NCBI GenBank assembly: GCA_016204945.1
Contig: JACQJQ010000208.1
Location: 1-44,665 of the forward strand
Source: Elusimicrobiota bacterium
GTDB lineage: Bacteria > Elusimicrobiota > Elusimicrobia > UBA1565 > UBA9628
Length of the DNA stretch: 44,665 nt
Direction: 5' to 3'
Position numbers and translations under genes: made by a program. Position 1 is the stretch's first letter; every line of letters starts with the position of its first letter. Positions 39,036 to 44,665 of the stretch are shown here, one piece after another. Below the pieces are notes generated by a model, which saw only the letters and a list, made by a program, of their open reading frames with translations, ran no database searches and was not told the origin of the DNA.

Positions 39036-39965
39036 ATGAAACTGATCAGCGTCGTCACGCCCTGCTACAACGAGGAGGACAACATACGCGCCCTCCACGA
39101 GCAGATCAAGGCCGAGTTTGCCCGCCTTCCCCGGTACGCCTACGAGCACATCTGCATCGACAACGCCTCGCAGGACCGGACCGTCGAGGTCCTGCGCGAG
39201 CTGGCGCGCTCCGACAAGAACCTCAAGGTCATCGTCAACGCCCGCAATTTCGGCCATATCCGCTCCCCGCACCACGCCATGCTCCAGGCCAAGGGCGACG
39301 CGGTCGTCCTGATGATGAGCGATCTGCAGGACCCGCCCTCGATGCTTCCCCGCTTCATCGAGAAGTGGGAGGAGGGCTACAAGATCGTTCTCGGAATCAA
39401 GACCGAGAGCGACGAGTCCCCGGCGATGTTCTTCGTCCGCAGGCTCTATTACGACCTGATCGGCCGCCTGTCCGAGATCGAGCTCGCCAAGAACAGCACC
39501 GGCTTCGGCCTCTACGACCGCGTCGTGATCGACGTCCTGCGCACCATCGACGATCCCTATCCGTATTTCCGCGGCCTCATCTGCGACATCGGCTTCGAGC
39601 AGGCGCGCATCGAATACCACCAGGCCCGCCGCCGCCGCGGCGTCACGAAGAACAATTTCTACACGCTCTATGACATGGCGATGCTCGGCATCACCAACCA
39701 TTCGAAGATCCCGCTGCGTTTGGCGACGATGCTGGGATTCGTGATGTCGGCGATCAGCTTCGCCATCGGCTTCGCCTACTTGATCGCCAAGCTGGTTTTC
39801 TGGAACCAGTTCCTGCTCGGCACGGCCCCGATCCTGATCGGCCTGTTCCTGTTCGCGTCGATCCAGCTCTTCTTCATCGGCATTCTCGGCGAGTACATCG
39901 GCGCGATCTACACGCAGGTCCATAGGCGTCCCCTGGTCATCGAAAAAGAGCGGATCAATTTCTAA
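39036..39965 (+). CDS. GT2 polyprenyl-phosphate glycosyltransferase (GtrB/DPM1-like)
   Basis: ISVVTPCYNEE, IDNAS.D.T, RNFG, SDLQDPP, two C-terminal TMs, GILGEYIG.IY; SD GAGGAGG upstream. Confidence 0.92.
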   Translation: MKLISVVTPCYNEEDNIRALHEQIKAEFARLPRYAYEHICIDNASQDRTVEVLRELARSDKNLKVIVNARNFGHIRSPHHAMLQAKGDAVVLMMSDLQDPPSMLPRFIEKWEEGYKIVLGIKTESDESPAMFFVRRLYYDLIGRLSEIELAKNSTGFGLYDRVVIDVLRTIDDPYPYFRGLICDIGFEQARIEYHQARRRRGVTKNNFYTLYDMAMLGITNHSKIPLRLATMLGFVMSAISFAIGFAYLIAKLVFWNQFLLGTAPILIGLFLFASIQLFFIGILGEYIGAIYTQVHRRPLVIEKERINF

Positions 39966-39969
39966 AGGC

Positions 39970-41013
39970 GTGGAACGCTCTCCCTTGGCCGGCGATCTCG
40001 ACGAGATGCTCGAGCGGACGCCCCGGCTGTGGGACGGCCTGCGCGGCGCGCGTCTCTTCATCACGGGCGGCACCGGCTTTTTCGGGACATGGCTGCTGGA
40101 AAGCCTGCTGCACGCCGACCGCGAGCTCGGCCTCGGAGCGAGGGCGCTCGTCCTCACCCGCGACGAGGCTCTTTTCCGCGCCCGCTCGCCGCGGCTGGCC
40201 GCCGATCCGAGGCTCGGCTTCCATCGCGGCGACGTGCGGACGTTCGCGTTCCCTCCGGGCGGCTTCACTCACGTCGTCCACGCCGGGGCGGAGGCGAGCC
40301 TGCGCCTGGACCCGGAGCGATCGGAATTGGCGCGCGACGTGATCGTATCCGGCACGCGGCGAGCGCTCGAGTTCTCCGCGCGGTGCGGCGCGAGGAAATT
40401 CCTGTTCGCCAGCTCCGGCGCCGTGTACGGCCGCCGCAAGCCCGGCGCCGCGCCCGTGGCCGAGAACGACCCGAGCCTCTCCGCCCCCTTGGACGCGCCG
40501 TCGGCATACGGAGAGGGCAAGCGCGCGGCCGAGCGCCTGTGCGAGCGGGCGGCCGAGGGCGCGGTGGACGCGACGATCGCGCGCGGGTTCTCCTTCGTCG
40601 GCCCGCATTTGCCTTTCGACGATCAATTCGCCGTCGGGAGCTTTCTGCGCGACGCCCTGCGAGGCGGCCCCATCGAGGTCCGCGGGGACGGAACGCCGGT
40701 GCGCTCCTACTTGTACGCCTCAGATCTCGCCGCGTGGCTCTGGACGATCCTGCTCCGGGGCCGGCCCGGGCGCTCCTACAACGTCGGCTCGGAGCGCGGC
40801 GTCTCCATCGCCGAGCTGGCCCGGCTCGTGGCCCAGGAAGCGGCTCCCGGCGCCCGGGTCTCGATCGCGGGGCGGCCGACTCCGGGCCTCGCGCCTGAGG
40901 CGCGCCTGCCCGACACATCCCGCGCCCGCGCCGAGCTGGGCCTCTCCGAAACCGTCGGCCTCGAGGAGGCGCTCCGCCGCACGGCCGCCTGGGCGCGCGC
41001 CCGCTCCGTTTGA
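39970..41013 (+). CDS. NAD-dependent epimerase/reductase (extended SDR)
   Basis: ITGGTGFFG, SSGAVYG, YGEGK, GDGTPVRSYLY. Confidence 0.9.
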   Translation: MERSPLAGDLDEMLERTPRLWDGLRGARLFITGGTGFFGTWLLESLLHADRELGLGARALVLTRDEALFRARSPRLAADPRLGFHRGDVRTFAFPPGGFTHVVHAGAEASLRLDPERSELARDVIVSGTRRALEFSARCGARKFLFASSGAVYGRRKPGAAPVAENDPSLSAPLDAPSAYGEGKRAAERLCERAAEGAVDATIARGFSFVGPHLPFDDQFAVGSFLRDALRGGPIEVRGDGTPVRSYLYASDLAAWLWTILLRGRPGRSYNVGSERGVSIAELARLVAQEAAPGARVSIAGRPTPGLAPEARLPDTSRARAELGLSETVGLEEALRRTAAWARARSV

Positions 41014-41038
41014 CCGCCATCAGCGCATAAGTTAAGCT
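41010..41038 (+). promoter_or_regulatory. Internal promoter for the YfhO-like gene
   Basis: TTGACC (41010-15), 17 bp spacer, TAAGCT (41033-38), 9 nt before ATG 41048. Confidence 0.55.
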
Positions 41039-41047
41039 GTCGACGCG

Positions 41048-44000
41048 ATGGCCGCGGACCCCAAGGCGCCGCAGAGCGCCGAAGCAAGCGATCCCCGGTT
41101 TTTTTTCCGGGAATTCCTGGCCGCGTCCGCGGTGTGCGGGCTTTTCATCGGCTGGTACTTCCACGCGCCGCTGCTGTCGCGGCAGGTCGCTTTCGGGTCG
41201 CCCGTGACGGAGGTTCTGAAGTACGTCACCGAGGGGCAGTACCAGACTTTTCCGGCCCGCGTCGTGATCGCCAAGTTCATCCGCCGGGGAGTTTTCCCGG
41301 CCTGGACGCCCCACGCCCAGGGGGGGACTCCCCTCATCGGGAAGATGGGGCCGGGCGTATTTTCGCCGTTCAACCTTCCGTATTACCTGTTCTCCGAAAG
41401 TCGCCCGCACTCCCTGGCGATCGCGCTCGGGGCGCTCAAGTTCTACTTCGGATTCATCTTCCTCTACCTTTTCGCGCGGCTTCTCGGCGTCGGCTGGTTC
41501 GGCTCCGTTTTCGCCGCGCTGTCCTTCGTCACCGTCACCCGATTTCACGGCTTCATCGACGGCGGGCTGCCGACGTCGGCGCTCTTCGTTCCGTTGCTGC
41601 TCCTGCTGAGCGAGCTCTACTTTCACGGGAAGCGCAGGCTGTCGCTTCTGCTGCTGCCCTGGGCCTGCGCGCTCGCCTTCTTGGGCGGACATTTCGAGGT
41701 TTCCTTTCTCGCCAACCTGATGGCGGTCGTTTATTTCGCGGCGAGGCTCCGGGGGGCTCCCGCGTCGTCTTTCCCCGGCAAGCTGCGCGACCTGTCGGCT
41801 TTCGCCGGGGCCATGCTCGGCGGGGCCTGCCTTTGCGGCTTCTATCTCATGGCCGGCCAGGAGTACGTCCGCGACAGCTACACGACGGTCTGGCGATCCC
41901 TGCCGGACTACGGCTGGCATTATCATGTGATCGCGAAGCATTTGACCTGGGAGGATTTCCCCGTCGCGTTCTGGGGCGCGGCCCTGGCCCTGCTCTCCGT
42001 CTGGCTCCTGAAGAGCCTGCCGACGTCATGGCGGGAGGGCTCGTGGCGGAGACGGTCGGGCCACTGCGTCCTCGCCGCGGCCGTTCTGGGCGCCGCGATG
42101 GCGCTTCTGGCGAATCTGGGCCTGGACCTTTCGTTTCTCATGATCGGAACCCACGCCCAGGACGGCGGGCTCGTCCTTCGGGCGGCCGACCTCCTGTTCG
42201 TATTCCTGGCTCTCTGGGCTTGGGGGACATCCGAGTCGCCCGCGCTGAGGATACTCGGCTGGCTCATGCTGGCGCTGCTGCTGGTTCGGTTCAAGCTGCC
42301 GCCGCTGACCAACGGGATGATCCAGCTCCCTTTCTTCAAGACGTTCAACAATAACGACTACCACTTCACGTTCGACGCGGCGGCGGGGGTGTTGTGCGGG
42401 GCGGCCTTCGACCGCCTGCGCCTATTGTTCAGGGAGGACGGCGCCCGGCGGCGCGCAGCCGCGGGCCTGGCGTTCGGGTTCCTCGGCGTTCTCCTCGCGG
42501 CGGTCGCCGCGGCGGGACCTCTCGAGGGCCTGGCCGCGCGGAGTTTTTCGACCGGCGTCGTCCTTCCTCCGCGAAGCTCGGGCCCGACCCCGCCGCCCGG
42601 CGGCATCATGGGTCCGGAGCGGGTCAGAACCTTTTCCCGTTCCAGGACGTTCGCGGGCTGGGTCCCGAGCTATCCTCCGGCGTCCTCGATCCGCGTGGGC
42701 TTTTTGGAAAACGACCAATTATCCGGCGCCGTCGAGGCGAAGCGGCAGCTGCCGTGCGCGTCCGGCCGGTGCTATTTCAACGCCGAGATGCTTCTGCCCG
42801 CCCCTCCCGCCGACGCCACGACGGCGGCTGTCGTCGATTACGGCCCGGGTCGGCAGCTGGCTTATTACGGCCCGATCGTGAGCGCCATGCGGCTCGGGCA
42901 CGGCCGCTGGGCGGAGGCGGTCTTGGCGGCGATCGTCGCCCTTTTCGCGCTCGTTTTTTGGCTGCCTCCGCGTCTTCTGGGCGTTTTATACCTGGGATTG
43001 GTCGCGGCCTGGTGCCAGCCCATAGCGACCGCGGCCTGGCCCGCGGACGAGGCGAGCTACAGCCTTCCGGGGGCGGACAAGATCAAGGAGGACCCGGAGC
43101 TTTTTCGCGTCGGCGGATTCGACCTTAAATTTCTTCACGCGGACTTTCTCAATATGTACGGGTTGTCCGATTTCCGAACGGGCGGGGATAATCTGGACGT
43201 CTTCAGCATGATCGAGTTCTCCAGGCTGTGCTACAACTTCCTGGGCAACCGCGGAGACCTGAAGTCGATGGATTTAGGTCTGCGCCTGCTGGGTTTAGCC
43301 AACGTGCGCTATCTGCTCAGCCCGTCCGCCGAGGCCGTGGAGCACCCCGGCCTTGAGGCCGTGTATCAAGGCCGGGACATGCGGGTCTATCGCAATAGGC
43401 GGGCGATGCCCCGCGCCGTTTTTTTCGATCAATATATCCACATCCCGCTGAAGGCCGGTGACCTGGCCAAGCCGGATGTGGAAAGCCGCATCCTGGGCGG
43501 CATTTTGGGCGCGGTGGCGCAGGGGGCTTTGGATCCCGCCCGCACCGTGCTGCTCCATGATCTGCCCGCTCCGGCCGCCGCCGCGGCGGAGCCCGCCCGG
43601 AGTTCCGCGGCGTCGGTCATCGTCCGGGAGTATGAAGCCGACCGGGTGCTTCTCGACGTGGACGCTCCGCATCCCGGATTCGTTTTTTTGAGCGACAACC
43701 ATTTTCCGGGCTGGCGGGCCTTCGTCGACGGGCGGCCCGCGGCCATCCTGAGAAGCTGGATTTCCTTCCGGGCCGTTGCGGTTCCGGGCGGGAAGTCCGT
43801 CGTGGAATTCTTCTACCGCCCCGTTTTCGCGGGCCTGCCGCTGCTGGTCAGCGTCCTGTCCTGCGGCGCCTGGTTCGTTCTTTTTCTTCGGTATCGGGAT
43901 GAGCCGGCCGCGCCGGCGCCGTCTCGGAAAGCCTCCGCGGCGGCGCCCAAAGCGCCTTCTCCGGCGCCGGAGGCGGGAGAATGCGCCCGGATGACGCGGC

Positions 44001-44182
44001 TCCTGTGCCTGGCGCTGATCGTCCCCGTGCTGCTTTTCTGGCTTGTTTGGGCGGGATTCGTCTACCGGGGGGCCGGCGTCAACCGCGCCGCCCGCCTGTC
44101 CTTGGCCGCGGGGCTTGTTTTTTGGGGCCATTCCCTCCGCCGCCGCGCGAATGCCCTGGAATTGCCCGCCGGGAAACGCTAG
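41048..44182 (+). CDS. YfhO-family multi-TM protein, predicted GT-C glycosyltransferase
   Basis: FP.WTP...GG.P.......FSP.N near the N-terminus, many TMs, C-terminal VFLSD..FPGW.A.VDG....I......FRAV.VP.G...V.F.Y.P. Confidence 0.8.
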   Translation: MAADPKAPQSAEASDPRFFFREFLAASAVCGLFIGWYFHAPLLSRQVAFGSPVTEVLKYVTEGQYQTFPARVVIAKFIRRGVFPAWTPHAQGGTPLIGKMGPGVFSPFNLPYYLFSESRPHSLAIALGALKFYFGFIFLYLFARLLGVGWFGSVFAALSFVTVTRFHGFIDGGLPTSALFVPLLLLLSELYFHGKRRLSLLLLPWACALAFLGGHFEVSFLANLMAVVYFAARLRGAPASSFPGKLRDLSAFAGAMLGGACLCGFYLMAGQEYVRDSYTTVWRSLPDYGWHYHVIAKHLTWEDFPVAFWGAALALLSVWLLKSLPTSWREGSWRRRSGHCVLAAAVLGAAMALLANLGLDLSFLMIGTHAQDGGLVLRAADLLFVFLALWAWGTSESPALRILGWLMLALLLVRFKLPPLTNGMIQLPFFKTFNNNDYHFTFDAAAGVLCGAAFDRLRLLFREDGARRRAAAGLAFGFLGVLLAAVAAAGPLEGLAARSFSTGVVLPPRSSGPTPPPGGIMGPERVRTFSRSRTFAGWVPSYPPASSIRVGFLENDQLSGAVEAKRQLPCASGRCYFNAEMLLPAPPADATTAAVVDYGPGRQLAYYGPIVSAMRLGHGRWAEAVLAAIVALFALVFWLPPRLLGVLYLGLVAAWCQPIATAAWPADEASYSLPGADKIKEDPELFRVGGFDLKFLHADFLNMYGLSDFRTGGDNLDVFSMIEFSRLCYNFLGNRGDLKSMDLGLRLLGLANVRYLLSPSAEAVEHPGLEAVYQGRDMRVYRNRRAMPRAVFFDQYIHIPLKAGDLAKPDVESRILGGILGAVAQGALDPARTVLLHDLPAPAAAAAEPARSSAASVIVREYEADRVLLDVDAPHPGFVFLSDNHFPGWRAFVDGRPAAILRSWISFRAVAVPGGKSVVEFFYRPVFAGLPLLVSVLSCGAWFVLFLRYRDEPAAPAPSRKASAAAPKAPSPAPEAGECARMTRLLCLALIVPVLLFWLVWAGFVYRGAGVNRAARLSLAAGLVFWGHSLRRRANALELPAGKR

Positions 44183-44194
44183 AATTCCGACGGA

Positions 44195-44665
44195 ATGAAG
44201 CGCGCGGATGTCGTCTTTTCCGGCATGCGTCCGACCGGCCGCCTCCACCTGGGAAACCACTGGGGGGCGCTCAAGAACTGGGTCGCCCTGCAGGCCCGGT
44301 GCGACTGCTTTTTCTCGGTCGCCGATTGGCATATGCTCACGACCGGCTACGGCGACACCTCCAAGCTCCGAGAGAACGTCCGGGAGATGGTCCACGACTG
44401 GCTCGCGGCCGGGCTCGATCCCAAGACCTCCGTGATCTTCAGGCAGTCCGACGTGCCCGAGCACGCCGAGCTGTCCTTGATGCTGGGCATGGTGACTCCG
44501 CTGGGCTGGCTCGAGAACAATCCGACTTGGAAGGAGCAGTTGCAGGAACTCGCAAAAACGAAGCATGAACAGGTTTCCGCAGGCGCGGCCAAGGCCGCGA
44601 CGGCCGTCGCGGCGAAGGGCGTCGCCGCCGCCCAGCAGGAACTTCGCACGTACGGATTCCTCGGC
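44195..44665 (+). CDS. trpS: Tryptophanyl-tRNA synthetase, 5' part (runs off the window; absent from the ORF track)
   Basis: Own translation: MKRADVVFSGMRPTGRLHLGNHWGALKNW..F.VADWH.LT..WLAAGLDP...IF.QSDVPEHAEL..TYGFLG. Confidence 0.95.
   Translation, partial: MKRADVVFSGMRPTGRLHLGNHWGALKNWVALQARCDCFFSVADWHMLTTGYGDTSKLRENVREMVHDWLAAGLDPKTSVIFRQSDVPEHAELSLMLGMVTPLGWLENNPTWKEQLQELAKTKHEQVSAGAAKAATAVAAKGVAAAQQELRTYGFLG

Overview
A very GC-rich bacterial chromosomal segment of about 40 densely packed genes. Gene content and style suggest a diderm such as Elusimicrobiota, but that is inference only. From left to right: two paralogous Ser/Thr kinases (the complete one has signal peptide-TPR-TM-kinase topology), a secreted zincin with a lipoprotein and a peptide-binding protein, tmRNA running directly into two membrane diguanylate cyclases, and sppA-Yip1-nnrE-cyclophilin. 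Next come tilS, a Phd/YefM-RelE toxin-antitoxin pair, receiver-fixC-fixX, a 132-bp inverted-repeat element, a low-GC secreted metallopeptidase with a partner gene, and an Omp85 barrel with a His-rich micro-protein. These are followed by queG/greA/birA/nadC/DUF502, uvrB, an MFS transporter, a DUF4175-like protein, CpXC plus a tRNA nucleotidyltransferase, a CDP-dideoxy/branched-sugar cluster ending in GtrB-like and YfhO-like genes, and the 5' part of trpS. No integrase, transposase or CRISPR array was seen. The best leads are: candidate Sec-exported toxin/immunity cassettes, receptor-like kinases with a compositionally foreign N-terminus, pervasive leaderless-type promoters, a probable CTG start for queG, and a lipid-carrier glycosylation system for an unusual sugar. 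Family assignments come from motif recognition; no database searches were run.
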